The notes under the pieces: generated by a model | The model's database searches: none | Told to the model about the DNA's origin: nothing | The model's input: only the letters and a program-made list of their open reading frames with translations | Part shown: in pieces, positions 1-10,259 of the stretch | Layout of the letters: each line of letters starts with the position of its first letter | How positions within the stretch are numbered: position 1 is the first letter of the stretch | Made by a program: the position numbers and the translations under genes | DNA from: an uncultured delta proteobacterium | Lineage (GTDB): Bacteria > Myxococcota_A > Polyangia > Polyangiales > Houyiibacteriaceae | NCBI GenBank assembly: GCA_963704865.1 | Contig: CAVPIE010000015.1 | Location: 260,658 to 324,657 of the forward strand | Direction: 5' to 3' | Length of the DNA: 64,000 nucleotides

Positions 1-867
1 GTCTCCGATCTTCCCATCATTCTCGAGGATCCGGCAGTTGCTGCCATCGTAGTGGCCACGCACGCGCCTTCTCACTTCGAGGTAGCCGAAGCCGCGCTGC
101 GCGCCGGCCGCGATGTTTTCGTCGAGAAGCCGCTCTGCCTATCGGGAGATCAAGCCGCCACGCTGTGCAGGCTCGCAGAAGAGAGCGGCCGGATTCTCAT
201 GGTCGGTCATCTCCTCCTTTATCATCCTGCCGTCGAGCGTCTCAAAGGCCTGATCGATGACGGCGAGCTTGGCGACGTGCTCTACATCTACGCGCAGCGG
301 GTCAACCTCGGGGTCGTTCGCCGAGACGAGAACGCTTGGTGGTCGCTGGCCCCGCATGACATTTCCGTCGCCAACTACCTGCTCGGGTCCTCCCCCAAAG
401 CCGTCAGCGCAACGGGTTCATGCTACCTGCAGTCGGAGCGCGGCATCGAAGACGTCGTGTTCGCGACCCTCCACTATCCAGACGACCGCATGGCACACAT
501 CCACGTGAGCTGGCTCGATCCGCACAAGACACGAAAGCTCACGGTAGTAGGAGACAAAAAAATGGCGGTGTTCGACGACACCTCCGCTGACCAAAAGCTG
601 GCTGTGTTCGACAAGGGCGTCGAGCCGCCCGCGACGCTTTCCTACGAGGAAGGCGTTCGTATCCGTACTGGGGACATCTTGATTCCGGCGCTGAAGATGG
701 CGGAACCGCTGCGCCGGGAATGCCTTGCGTTTCTCGAAGCCATCCGAACGCGAAGAGCGCCCGTTGCAGACGGCGTCTCGGGTCTTCACGTCGTTCGGGC
801 GCTCGAAGGTGGCTCTGCGTCCCTGGCCCAGGGAGGCGCGCGCATCGAGCTAAAAAGGGGACGCTGA
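1..867 (+). CDS. Gfo/Idh/MocA-family oxidoreductase (WbpB/WlbA-like nucleotide-sugar 3-dehydrogenase), 5'-partial
   Basis: Frame is open from base 1. Motifs ATHAPSHF, GRDVFVEKP, LMVGH and APHD; precedes an acetyltransferase and an aminotransferase. Confidence 0.85.
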   Translation, partial: VSDLPIILEDPAVAAIVVATHAPSHFEVAEAALRAGRDVFVEKPLCLSGDQAATLCRLAEESGRILMVGHLLLYHPAVERLKGLIDDGELGDVLYIYAQRVNLGVVRRDENAWWSLAPHDISVANYLLGSSPKAVSATGSCYLQSERGIEDVVFATLHYPDDRMAHIHVSWLDPHKTRKLTVVGDKKMAVFDDTSADQKLAVFDKGVEPPATLSYEEGVRIRTGDILIPALKMAEPLRRECLAFLEAIRTRRAPVADGVSGLHVVRALEGGSASLAQGGARIELKRGR

Positions 868-1439
868 TGAGCGCTCCGTTCATTCATGCTACGGCGATCG
901 TCGACGACGGCGCGCGAATTGGAGACGGCACGCGCATCTGGCATTTCACGCATGTGTCGGCCGGTTCGGTCGTTGGCGCACGTTGCGTCTTAGGGCAAAA
1001 CGTCTTCGTAGGGCCGGGCGTCGAGATTGGCGACGGCGTCAAAATTCAAAACAACGTGTCGGTGTATCTTGGCGTCGTACTCGGAGATGACGTGTTCCTC
1101 GGGCCAAGCTGCGTATTCACGAACGTCCTGACGCCGCGGGCGCACGTCGAGCGCAAGGAGGAGTTCGCGCCCACGCCGGTTGGTAAGGGCGTCACCGTGG
1201 GCGCCAACGCAACGATTGTATGTGGACATTCACTCGGCGAGTACGCGCTCATCGGAGCGGGCACCGTGGTGACGAAGGATGTCCCTCCGCATGCAGTCGT
1301 GGTGGGCAACCCAGCGCGCCGCACTGCCTGGGCATGCCGCTGCGGAGAAATTCTGCCCGGCGATGGAGTCTGCGCCCGCTGTGGCGATCGATACGAAGTG
1401 ACGGCCGAGGGCTGTCGATGGGTGAAAAGCCGTGAGTGA
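867..1439 (+). CDS. wbpD: Hexapeptide-repeat N-acetyltransferase (WbpD/WlbB type)
   Basis: ATG overlaps the upstream TGA (TGATG). IHATAIVDDGARIG..IWHF, KIQNNVSVY, GPSCVFTN, GANATIVCG, and a C-terminal CxCG...CxxC. Confidence 0.85.
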   Translation: MSAPFIHATAIVDDGARIGDGTRIWHFTHVSAGSVVGARCVLGQNVFVGPGVEIGDGVKIQNNVSVYLGVVLGDDVFLGPSCVFTNVLTPRAHVERKEEFAPTPVGKGVTVGANATIVCGHSLGEYALIGAGTVVTKDVPPHAVVVGNPARRTAWACRCGEILPGDGVCARCGDRYEVTAEGCRWVKSRE

Positions 1440-2556
1440 AGAAACCATCCCAATGCTCGACGTGATTGGCCAGAACGAGCCGCTGATCGATCGATTGACC
1501 GAGAAGGCGGCCGAGGTGATTCGATCGGGCCGCTACATCCTCGGCCCCGAGGTTACCGCGCTCGAACAGGAGGTCGCCGAGTATATCGGCGTCGAACATG
1601 CGATCGGTGTTTCGAGCGGAACGGATGCCCTGATGGTGGCTTTGATGGCCCTCGGAATCGGGCAGGGTGACGAGGTCATCACCACTCCGTTCACGTTCTT
1701 CGCCACCGGCGGGTGCATCGCGCGCGTTGGAGCGACGCCCGTTTTCGTCGATATCCGACCAGACACCTTCAACATCGACGTCGAGCAGACCGCGGCAGCC
1801 GTCACGGAGCGCACCCGCGCAATCCTTCCGGTCCATTTGTATGGTCAGGCCTGCGACATGGAAGGCCTGGTCGAGGTAGCCCGAAAGCACGACCTGCCCG
1901 TCATCGAAGATGCCGCGCAGGCTATCGGTACGAAGAGCCCGATCGGACCCGTCGGCAGCCTCGGCGCTTACGGTTGTTTTTCGTTCTTCCCTTCGAAGAA
2001 TCTCGGCGGCTTTGGGGACGCCGGGCTCGTCACCACTCAGGATTCGGGTTTGGCGGAAAAGGCTCGCGTCATACGCGCGCATGGAAGCAAGCCGAAGTAC
2101 TACCACGCCGTCGTTGGCGGCAACTTTCGCATCGATGCCTTGCAGGCGGCGCTGCTGCGCGTGAAGCTCACCGAGCTCCGCTGCTGGACTTCGGGCCGTC
2201 AACGGAACGCCGCCCGCTACGACGCCGCGTTTTCAGCCTCCGGTTTGGATGAAAGCCTCTTGAGTCCGCCTCGAAGACGTTTCGACGGTCACATCTACAA
2301 TCAGTACGTAATCCGCAGCTCGCGGCGGGACGAGCTGCTCACACATCTTCAAGAGCAGAAGATCGCGACGACGATCTACTATCCCGTGCCTCTTCATCGC
2401 CAGGAATGTTTTGCGTCGCTCGGTTACAAGGAGGGCTCTCTCCCAGTTTCGGAGCAGGCCAGTCGCGAAGTTTTAGCGCTTCCGATCTTTGCGGGGCTCG
2501 GTGAAGCGCGTCAGAGCCGCATCATCGACACCGTAATTGCCTTCCTGAAGCGATAG
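1432..2556 (+). CDS. DegT/DnrJ/EryC1/StrS PLP aminotransferase (WbpE/WlbC-like)
   Basis: SSGTDAL, PVHLYGQ, IEDAAQA, FSFFPSKNLGGFGDAG (PLP Lys), NFRIDALQAA. Confidence 0.92.
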   Translation: MSEETIPMLDVIGQNEPLIDRLTEKAAEVIRSGRYILGPEVTALEQEVAEYIGVEHAIGVSSGTDALMVALMALGIGQGDEVITTPFTFFATGGCIARVGATPVFVDIRPDTFNIDVEQTAAAVTERTRAILPVHLYGQACDMEGLVEVARKHDLPVIEDAAQAIGTKSPIGPVGSLGAYGCFSFFPSKNLGGFGDAGLVTTQDSGLAEKARVIRAHGSKPKYYHAVVGGNFRIDALQAALLRVKLTELRCWTSGRQRNAARYDAAFSASGLDESLLSPPRRRFDGHIYNQYVIRSSRRDELLTHLQEQKIATTIYYPVPLHRQECFASLGYKEGSLPVSEQASREVLALPIFAGLGEARQSRIIDTVIAFLKR

Positions 2557-2600
2557 AAGTGGCCATCGCGGCGCCCGCGCCCTAGAGTCAGCAGCACTCG

Positions 2601-4046
2601 ATGATAGCTCGCTACCATGCACCCTTCGCCGAGCAAGGGTCACATACGATCGATTCGGACATCGCCCATCGCCTGTTGAAGATCGCTCTTGTCAAGGGCG
2701 GCGACTACGCCGACTTGTTTTTCGAGTACTCGGTTAGCGGGAGCTACATCTACGACGAACAGATCCTGAAATCGGCCAGGCGCGCCGTGTCGATGGGCCT
2801 TGGAGTTCGAGTCATGAAGGGCGATGCGACCGGGTATGCCTACTGTGAGGATTTTTCGTTCGATGCGATGAAGCAGGCGGCGGAGACCGCGGCTCAGATC
2901 GCAGCCGGCGGGCAAGCGGTTGCGCCGCTTGGGGTGTCGATGCGTGACATCCCCAGCCGCTATCCCGTGGAGGTCGAGTCCCTCGACGTCGAAGGCGAAG
3001 CGAAGAAGGCCTTGCTCGAGCGCGCCGATCGGGCTGCGCGGGCCTCCGATGCCCGCGTCATTCGCGTCGAGGCCTCGTTTGCCGAAAGCCTGCGCGAGAT
3101 CTTGATCGCGAACAGCCTCGGGCACATGGCGCGTGACCGTCAGCCCCTCATCCGATTTGGGATTCGCGTCATCGCAGAGGACGGCGGAAATCGTCAGTCG
3201 GGGTCGTCCGGTGGCGGTGGCCGGATGGGGCTCGATTATTTCGACGACAAGACCCCCGAGGCACACGCCGAGCAGGCCGTGCAGCAGGCCCTGGTGATGC
3301 TCGAGGCTCGCGAGGCTCCGGCCGGAGAGATGGACGTCGTGCTAGGCCCCGGCGACAGCGGCATCCTCCTGCACGAAGCCGTCGGCCATGGGCTCGAGGC
3401 GGACTTCAATCGCAAGAAGACAAGCAACTACTCGGACCGCGTGGGCGAACAAGTCGCAAGCGAGCTGTGCACCGTCGTCGATGACGCTTCGCTACAGGGG
3501 TCGCGCGGTTCGATCAACGTCGACGACGAAGGGCAGCTTCCCGCGCGATCCGTTCTCATCGAGGGCGGCATCTTGAAGGGGTACATGCAGGACCGGCACA
3601 GCGCTGAGTTCTTCGGTACGAGTCCCGATGGACACGGCCGTCGGCAAAGCTTCCGTTCTCATCCCATGCCGCGGATGACCAACACCATGCTCCTCGGCGG
3701 AACGGACGCGCCAGAGGATGTGATTCGCAGCGTCAACCGCGGCGTTTACGCCAAAAAATTTGGCGGCGGTCAGGTCGATATCTCCAATGGGGATTTCGTG
3801 TTTTCGTTGACCGAGGGCTACCTGATCGAAGACGGCAGGGTCACCGCACCGCTCAAAGGCGTGAACTTGATCGGCAATGGACCGGAGGCCATGCGCAAGG
3901 TGGTGATGTTGGGTCACGACTTCCAGGTGTCCGACGGAATTTGGACCTGCGGTAAGGAGGGCCAGTCCGTTCCGGTCGGCGTGGGTTGCCCCACCATCAA
4001 GATCGCCTCGATGACCGTGGGCGGAACGCAGATGGCAGGTGGATGA
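2601..4046 (+). CDS. tldD: Metalloprotease TldD
   Basis: HEAVGHGLEAD zinc motif, PRMTNT, GGGQV, and TCGKEGQSVPVG with the conserved Cys. Confidence 0.95.
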   Translation: MIARYHAPFAEQGSHTIDSDIAHRLLKIALVKGGDYADLFFEYSVSGSYIYDEQILKSARRAVSMGLGVRVMKGDATGYAYCEDFSFDAMKQAAETAAQIAAGGQAVAPLGVSMRDIPSRYPVEVESLDVEGEAKKALLERADRAARASDARVIRVEASFAESLREILIANSLGHMARDRQPLIRFGIRVIAEDGGNRQSGSSGGGGRMGLDYFDDKTPEAHAEQAVQQALVMLEAREAPAGEMDVVLGPGDSGILLHEAVGHGLEADFNRKKTSNYSDRVGEQVASELCTVVDDASLQGSRGSINVDDEGQLPARSVLIEGGILKGYMQDRHSAEFFGTSPDGHGRRQSFRSHPMPRMTNTMLLGGTDAPEDVIRSVNRGVYAKKFGGGQVDISNGDFVFSLTEGYLIEDGRVTAPLKGVNLIGNGPEAMRKVVMLGHDFQVSDGIWTCGKEGQSVPVGVGCPTIKIASMTVGGTQMAGG

Positions 4047-5419
4047 CCAGGGCTGAGGAAGACGCTAGAGCCCTGCGCGACCTTGGGCACTCGGTGGTCG
4101 AGCGCGCAACCGCGGCGGGCGCCGATGTTGCGGAGGTGGGTGTACACAGCGGATCTCATCTTTCTGTGAAGGTCCGCAAGGGTAAGCCAGAGCTCGTCGA
4201 AGAGGCCGGCTCGCGCGCTCTCGGACTGCGGGTGATGGTTGGAAAGCGCGTCGCTTCGACCTACACCAGCGACTTGAGCGAGGCTGGGAAGCGCAGATTG
4301 ATCGAAGACGCGATCGAGCTGGCGCGGCTCAGCGAGTCGGATGAGTTTGCAGGTCCGCCCGACCCATCAGACCTGTCCTCGCCGTCGCAATGGAAGGACT
4401 TGGACACGTTCGACGAGAGCGTCAGCCAGATTTCCGCCGACGAGGCCCTCGACCGGGCGCTTCAAGGCGAGCGTGCGGCGTTTGATTTCGACCCTCGGAT
4501 CAGCAACAGCGAAGGCGCTTCGTTCACCCGCGCACGAGGCGTCAGCGCGCTCGTCACCAGCGCCGGGTTCGTCGGGAGCGACTATGGGACCTACGCGTCG
4601 ATGGTCGTCAATCCAGTCGCCGATGATGAAGGCGGAAAGAAGCGGAGCGGCTATCACTGGACGGCGGCCCGACACGATTCGGACCTCGAAGAAAGCCAGG
4701 CTGTCGGGGAGGAAGCGGCCCGGCGCACGATTGCCCAACTCGGGGCGAAGAAACTCCCCACCCAAGAGCTCCCAGTGGTTTTCGACAAAGATGCCGCGCG
4801 TTCGATCTTGGGTCTCTTTGCAGGCTGTATTCTCGGCGGCTCGATCTGGCGCAAGAGCTCGTACTTGGTCGATCGCGTCGGCACGCGGGTAGCGAGCGAC
4901 CTCGTGGACATCGTAGACGATCCGCTGCTCGCGAGGGCGCCGGGCTCCCGTGCATTCGACGGAGAGGGATTGCTATCGCGGCACAACGCTGTCGTCGAAT
5001 CTGGGATTCTCAAGAGCTACCTGATGGACACCTACAGCGCTCGCAAGCTCGGACTTAGGAGCACCGGCAGCGCGGCTCGCTCCCCGTCCGGCGGCGTCTC
5101 ACCGTCGAGCAGTAATCTCATTTTGAAGGCCAGCAGCCAGTCCCGAGACGAGCTCCTCGCCGATACCAAACACGGCTTGTACGTCACGGGCATGATGGGC
5201 TTCGGCTTCAATGCCGTTACCGGCGACTTCAGCCGCGGAGCCTCGGGCTTCCTCATCGAAGACGGCACACTGAGCCACCCAGTCTCCGAGATCACCATCT
5301 CGCTAAACCTCGATGAACTCCTGCAACGAATCGACGCAGTCGCCAACGACCTCGATCACCGCACCGCCGTCGCCTCTCCGACATTCAGAGTCTCCTCCAT
5401 GACCCTGGCAGGTTCTTAG
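4043..5419 (+). CDS. pmbA: TldE/PmbA subunit
   Basis: ATG overlaps the tldD stop. RISNSEGA, FDGEG, GFNAVTGDFSRGASGF; lacks HExxxH, as expected for TldE. Confidence 0.93.
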   Translation: MTRAEEDARALRDLGHSVVERATAAGADVAEVGVHSGSHLSVKVRKGKPELVEEAGSRALGLRVMVGKRVASTYTSDLSEAGKRRLIEDAIELARLSESDEFAGPPDPSDLSSPSQWKDLDTFDESVSQISADEALDRALQGERAAFDFDPRISNSEGASFTRARGVSALVTSAGFVGSDYGTYASMVVNPVADDEGGKKRSGYHWTAARHDSDLEESQAVGEEAARRTIAQLGAKKLPTQELPVVFDKDAARSILGLFAGCILGGSIWRKSSYLVDRVGTRVASDLVDIVDDPLLARAPGSRAFDGEGLLSRHNAVVESGILKSYLMDTYSARKLGLRSTGSAARSPSGGVSPSSSNLILKASSQSRDELLADTKHGLYVTGMMGFGFNAVTGDFSRGASGFLIEDGTLSHPVSEITISLNLDELLQRIDAVANDLDHRTAVASPTFRVSSMTLAGS

Positions 5420-5474
5420 AGAGAGCAGCGACGACAATTCGTGAACCGTGCGCCGGTATGCCGGAGATCAGGGG

Positions 5475-6536
5475 TTAGTCCCGCTGCGCCCTCGCGACCA
5501 TGGCGTCGACGTAGCTCTCCAGCTCTGGGCACTGGATTCCGGTGCCTGCGAGCAGCTCCCGCGCGTTTCGGTCGTCGTAGATCACGTCCGTCTTCAAGTG
5601 GTCGAGAAATGCGCGGGTCGTGTTCTGGAAGCGTTGCAAACCCGGCGCTCGCATCAGGGCGGTGGCGAGGTTGAGCGGGTCGTGTTCGCGAGGACTGGGG
5701 CGGCCGGTCGCTTCGGCGAAGAGGCGCAGGGCGTGTTGCACGGTGACCGGCTTCGGGTCGACGATATGGAAGGTGCGCCCGACCGACTGCTCGTCGTCAG
5801 CGATGCGCAAACCGGCGCGGACCGCGTAGTCGACAGGCACGGCGCTGATTCGCACCCCGGTTCGGCTCGTCGTCGGGATGCGATAATCGTCGGGAGCGCT
5901 CAGCAAAAACCGGATCAAGAGATACAGGCCGTTGAGATCTTCAAGCTCGCCGGTGAGTGAATCACCGACCATGATCGCGGGCCGCAGAATGACGATCGGA
6001 AGCTCCTCGGCGGACTCGCGAATCATCCGCTCCATGTGGTAGAGGGACTCTTCGACTGGATTTCGAAAGCCCATCGTGTCGTCCAGCTCGGTCTCCTTGA
6101 CGAACCCTTCGCGATTGCCCGACACCGTGGCGCTCGACCAACAAACGAGTCGTTTCAAGCGCGGAGCGGCCTCAGCAAGCTCGAGGATCTCCGCCGCAGC
6201 GCGCACATTGCCGGCTGCCTCCTCCCTGGTTGCAGCCGGATCGGTAATCGACGCGCAGTGGTGAATGACCTCGACACCTTCGGAGAGCACCGCGAACTCC
6301 TCGCCGCTCAATCCGAGGTCCATGGAGCGCGGGTCGCCTAGCCAAATCGACACTCGCTCTCGTGCAGATTCAGGAAGTGCGTCGAGCAGTTCCATCGCGC
6401 GCTCTTGCCGCCCTTCAGTGACGAGGCAACACACCGAGCGCTCGCCGCGATTCGCGAGCTCTCGCACGAGGTGCACGGCCGGTTGCCTTCCCGGAAAGCC
6501 CGTCACGAGCACCGAGCGAATCAGCTTGCCCATCAT
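5475..6536 (-). CDS. Extended SDR / male-sterility NAD-binding-domain protein, catalytic residues apparently degenerate
   Basis: VLVTGFPG, VIHHCA, SSATVSG, ILRPAIMVGDS, VPVDY. The expected YxxxK reads VEESL. Confidence 0.75.
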   Translation of the reverse strand: MMGKLIRSVLVTGFPGRQPAVHLVRELANRGERSVCCLVTEGRQERAMELLDALPESARERVSIWLGDPRSMDLGLSGEEFAVLSEGVEVIHHCASITDPAATREEAAGNVRAAAEILELAEAAPRLKRLVCWSSATVSGNREGFVKETELDDTMGFRNPVEESLYHMERMIRESAEELPIVILRPAIMVGDSLTGELEDLNGLYLLIRFLLSAPDDYRIPTTSRTGVRISAVPVDYAVRAGLRIADDEQSVGRTFHIVDPKPVTVQHALRLFAEATGRPSPREHDPLNLATALMRAPGLQRFQNTTRAFLDHLKTDVIYDDRNARELLAGTGIQCPELESYVDAMVARAQRD

Positions 6537-7153
6537 GCCGACTCCTTTGAAGTGAACCTCGCGACGAGCTGCTCATGAATCGCCGCTACCTGCTCTCGCG
6601 TCGAGTCGAGGTCGCCATTGTTGGTCACGACATAGTCCGCGACGGCGACCTTTCGCTCGAGTGGAAGCTGAGATTCGATGCGAGCATTGGCCTCGGGCGC
6701 CGAGAAGCCGTCGCGCGCGATCAGCCGAAGCCGCTGGAGCGATTCTTCGGCGCTCACCACGATGAGGGCAGAAAACGCCTCGTATGCGCGGGTTTCTACC
6801 AGCAGCGCGGCCTCATAGAGCAGATACGGCGCGGGGCTGTCCTGACGCGCCATGATGTGTTTGGCGCCAGCTGCCCCGATCAGGGGGTGCATGATCGCGT
6901 TCAGGGTTTCGCGGGCTTCCTCGTCGCCGAAGACCATCTCGCCGACTTTCTTGCGATCGAGGCGGCCCGCGTCGTCAAGCACCTCTTTGCCAAACTCGTC
7001 CACGATCATCTGCAAGCCGGGCGTCCCCGGCTCGACTACCTCTTTCGCCAAGTCGTCGGCGTCGATCACCGAAACTCCGAGGTCGCCAAACATGCTCGCA
7101 ACGGTCGACTTCCCGCACGCAATTCCACCCGTAAGACCCACAACCGGTTTCAT
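6533..7153 (-). CDS. coaE: Dephospho-CoA kinase
   Basis: GLTGGIACGKSTV P-loop, IDADDLA, LDRKK, HPLI, ADYVVTN. Start set at MKPVV. Confidence 0.96.
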   Translation of the reverse strand: MKPVVGLTGGIACGKSTVASMFGDLGVSVIDADDLAKEVVEPGTPGLQMIVDEFGKEVLDDAGRLDRKKVGEMVFGDEEARETLNAIMHPLIGAAGAKHIMARQDSPAPYLLYEAALLVETRAYEAFSALIVVSAEESLQRLRLIARDGFSAPEANARIESQLPLERKVAVADYVVTNNGDLDSTREQVAAIHEQLVARFTSKESA

Positions 7154-7218
7154 CGCTGCCCAGTATTGAGCATCGTCTCCTTCGGGCAAGAGGATTCGTC
7201 CTGTGCTAGGCATGCCGC

Positions 7219-7668
7219 ATGCGTGCGGTCGTTCAGCGGGTCAACGGGGCCAGCGTCACCGTAGAGGGGACGCGGGTTGGGGAAATCGGGCGAGGCCTAC
7301 TGGTGTACCTCGGCGCGGCGAAGGGTGACGAGCCAAAAGACGTGGAGTACATCTCGGAAAAGATCGCCGGTCTTCGCGTGTTCCCGAACGACGACGCGCG
7401 CATGTCTTTGTCTGTCGGTGACGTCGGAGGCGCCGTGCTTGTCGTTTCCCAGTTCACGCTCTTTGGCGACGTGCGGCGCGGTAGGCGACCTTCGTTCGAC
7501 GGCGCGGCCGACCCGAAAGACGCCGAGCGTCTCTACTTGGAGCTGGTCCAGCGTTTGCGTGGCAAGGGCGTGCCCGTCGAAACGGGCACCTTTCGCGCCA
7601 GGATGCTCGTTCAGTCCACGGTTGATGGCCCTGTCACGATTCAAATCGACAGCCGCAAGCTTTATTAG
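7219..7668 (+). CDS. dtd: D-aminoacyl-tRNA deacylase
   Basis: MRAVVQRV, SQFTL, GRRPSF, DGPVT (Gly-cisPro). Confidence 0.97.
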   Translation: MRAVVQRVNGASVTVEGTRVGEIGRGLLVYLGAAKGDEPKDVEYISEKIAGLRVFPNDDARMSLSVGDVGGAVLVVSQFTLFGDVRRGRRPSFDGAADPKDAERLYLELVQRLRGKGVPVETGTFRARMLVQSTVDGPVTIQIDSRKLY

Positions 7669-7703
7669 GCTTCGCGTTTTAGACGCGGCATAATCCCAAC
7701 TCG

Positions 7704-10118
7704 ATGCTGCGGTTCCTCAGCGAGCGACGCGTTTGGGTGGTCGCGGCCTTCCTAGCGTGCGCACTCCTGCTTGGTGTTTGGAGCTGGGGCATGCCCCGCA
7801 TTTCTGCGCGTGCTGCGGACGTCATTGCGGAGCGCCTCGGTGTCGACACGCAGATAGAAGAAACGAGCCTGTCCTTTGGCGGCGTCGACCTCCGGGGTGT
7901 CGAGCTACGAGGTCGACACGGCGGCTTCGTCGCACGCATCGAGCATGTCGAAGCGCGAATGAGCCTCCTCGGTGCGGTCCTGAACGGTGCGCGGTCCGTT
8001 CGCGCGCTCTCTGCGCGCGGCCTCGAAGTGACACTGGACCTCAGTCACGAAGGTTTCCGCGACTCGATCGCTCAGCTTCGGAAAGAAGAGCGCGGATCCA
8101 AGTCTACGCCGGCACCGCGCGGCAGCAATCCCAAGGGAAGGACGTACGCTCTCGACGGCTTGACCCTGCGTGTGATCGACGCAGACGGGCAGGTCGTATC
8201 GATGAACGATGTCAGTCTGCACAAGAACGGTGATGACATGCTGGCGCGCTTCGGGGATGCGCTGCTCGGCGAGCAACGCGCGGACCACGCAAGCATCGGG
8301 CCCACCAAGCTCGAGCTCAGGCGCAGTGAGGGAGCGTGGAAGCTTCGCGAGCTCGAGATCCGAGGTGCGAGTGTACGCTCTCTTCGCAACGGCGATGGGG
8401 AGTCGACGGACCTCGCGACCCGGCTGCGAAATGCGCTGAGCCAGCTCCGCGCCCTGCCAACGGGCACCGGGACGAAGACCGACACCGAGACCGACACCGA
8501 GACCGAGACCGAGAACGGGACCGAGACTGAGGCGCTCCCGTTGGCTGCCGCTCCGAGCGGCGCCCGCCTGTTCGCGCGCTTGACCCCGGATGCCCGTGTC
8601 TCCGTTTCCGGCGCTCAAATCGAAAGCCGAACGCCCGCAGGGCACGTCGAGCGAATTCGCGACTTCGGATGGGACTTGAGCGGAGGAGACAACGGCTGGT
8701 ACCGCGTGGTGGTAGGCGGTCAGACCTCCAATGACGGGGCTTTGAGGATCGACCTCAGCGTCATGCCCAGCGAGGCGCGCGCCGAGGGAAGCATCGAGCT
8801 TCGCCGAATCTCACTCTCGATCATCGCACCTTTCGTTCCAGACGTCCCTTTGTACGACGACCAGGTAGGCACACTGAGCGCCGAGCTCGAGCTCGAAGCA
8901 AGCTCTCCCGAGCAGATCAGTATTGAAGGGCGCCTACGGCTACGCGAGCTCGCGCTCAATTCCGAGCGCATCGCACCGGAGCCCGTGGGCGACATCAACA
9001 TGGATATCAAAGGCAAGGGCAGCTGGTACCCTGGCCAGCGCCTTCTTCAAGTCGAGCGGGGCGAGGTCCGCATGGGCAAGGTGGGCGTCCTGATCGACGG
9101 CGAGCTCGAACGAACCCCCGAGCACTACCGAGTCGACCTCACCGCGAAGCTTCCACCCACCCGGTGCAATGACGTGATCGGAGCGATCCCCGACGACGTT
9201 CTCGGATCACTCGCTCGCTTCGAATGGTCGGGCACTTGGAGTGCGCTGGTGCATGTCTCGCTGGACTCGAGGGAGCTCGAGGCCGCCGAGCTCTCGATTC
9301 GGGTTCGAAACCTTTGCCAGTTCGAAAAGACACCCCGTTGGGTACGTGTCGAGCGATTTCAGGGACCGTTTCGGCACCGCGCGATCGAGCCAGACGAGAG
9401 CGTGTTCGAAATGCGCACGGGTCCCGGAACTCCGAACTGGGTCGCGTTCTCTGACATCAGCCCCTTCATGACCGCGGCAGCGATCAGTCACGAGGACGGA
9501 GCGTTCTACGAGCACGGTGGGTTTGCACCCTGGGCGATTCGCGATGCGCTCGTACGGAATCTACAAGAGGGCCGGTACGTCGTGGGCGCGAGCACGATCT
9601 CGATGCAGCTGGCGAAGAACCTCTACTTGCAGCGCGAAAAGACCGTAGCGCGCAAAGTCCAAGAAGTGATTCTCACGTGGTGGCTCGAGAACGCACTCAA
9701 CAAGGACGAGATCCTCGAGCTCTATCTCAACGTGATCGAGTATGGTCCGGCCGTCTACGGGCTCAGGCACGCAGCGGCTTACTACTTCGGCCGGAATCCG
9801 ATCGAGCTCAGCCCTGCAGAGTCGGCCTTCCTCGCGTGCATGTTGCCGTCGCCCAAGCGCTATCACGTTTCTTACGAGCGCGGCGCGCTTAGCCACTCGA
9901 TGAAGAGCAAGATGCGGCGGCTCCTCGAGCACATGGCGAAGCGGGAACGCATCGGCCCCGAAGCGCTCGACTACGGGCTGGCGGAGCTCGAGGACTTCCG
10001 TTTCCGTCGGACGGGAGACCCCCTGCCGTCCGCTCGGATACTCCCACCGCTCGGCGCACCCGAGTTTCCCGATCCTCAGGCTCTCGATCCGTTCGAGAGC
10101 CTATTCGTCGAGCCCTAG
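7704..10118 (+). CDS. Monofunctional peptidoglycan transglycosylase (GT51) with long N-terminal beta-rich periplasmic region
   Basis: N-terminal TM helix; C-terminal EDGAFYEHGG, GASTISMQLAKNL, RKVQE, KDEILELYLN. No room for a transpeptidase domain. Confidence 0.85.
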   Translation: MLRFLSERRVWVVAAFLACALLLGVWSWGMPRISARAADVIAERLGVDTQIEETSLSFGGVDLRGVELRGRHGGFVARIEHVEARMSLLGAVLNGARSVRALSARGLEVTLDLSHEGFRDSIAQLRKEERGSKSTPAPRGSNPKGRTYALDGLTLRVIDADGQVVSMNDVSLHKNGDDMLARFGDALLGEQRADHASIGPTKLELRRSEGAWKLRELEIRGASVRSLRNGDGESTDLATRLRNALSQLRALPTGTGTKTDTETDTETETENGTETEALPLAAAPSGARLFARLTPDARVSVSGAQIESRTPAGHVERIRDFGWDLSGGDNGWYRVVVGGQTSNDGALRIDLSVMPSEARAEGSIELRRISLSIIAPFVPDVPLYDDQVGTLSAELELEASSPEQISIEGRLRLRELALNSERIAPEPVGDINMDIKGKGSWYPGQRLLQVERGEVRMGKVGVLIDGELERTPEHYRVDLTAKLPPTRCNDVIGAIPDDVLGSLARFEWSGTWSALVHVSLDSRELEAAELSIRVRNLCQFEKTPRWVRVERFQGPFRHRAIEPDESVFEMRTGPGTPNWVAFSDISPFMTAAAISHEDGAFYEHGGFAPWAIRDALVRNLQEGRYVVGASTISMQLAKNLYLQREKTVARKVQEVILTWWLENALNKDEILELYLNVIEYGPAVYGLRHAAAYYFGRNPIELSPAESAFLACMLPSPKRYHVSYERGALSHSMKSKMRRLLEHMAKRERIGPEALDYGLAELEDFRFRRTGDPLPSARILPPLGAPEFPDPQALDPFESLFVEP
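8460..8531 (+). repeat. In-frame degenerate hexamer tandem repeat (ACCGAG)n encoding a T-[E/D/G] linker
   Basis: About 12 hexamer units translating to TGTGTKTDTETDTETETENGTETE. Confidence 0.9.
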
Positions 10119-10259
10119 CCGCGTCCGAGTTTGAAAATTCTCGCCTCACCGGAGGCGCCGCCCGTCATTTATTGGGCCGACCCCAACGCTGGGGGTAAAC
10201 ACGTTCGAGGCGCTTGGGTCGTCGATGAATCGACCCTATTTCGGTGCGTCCGAGGGATT

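Noticed and set aside
2601-5419. RiPP cluster around tldD/pmbA
   Set aside because: No precursor peptide or modifying enzymes nearby; this looks like the ordinary housekeeping pair.
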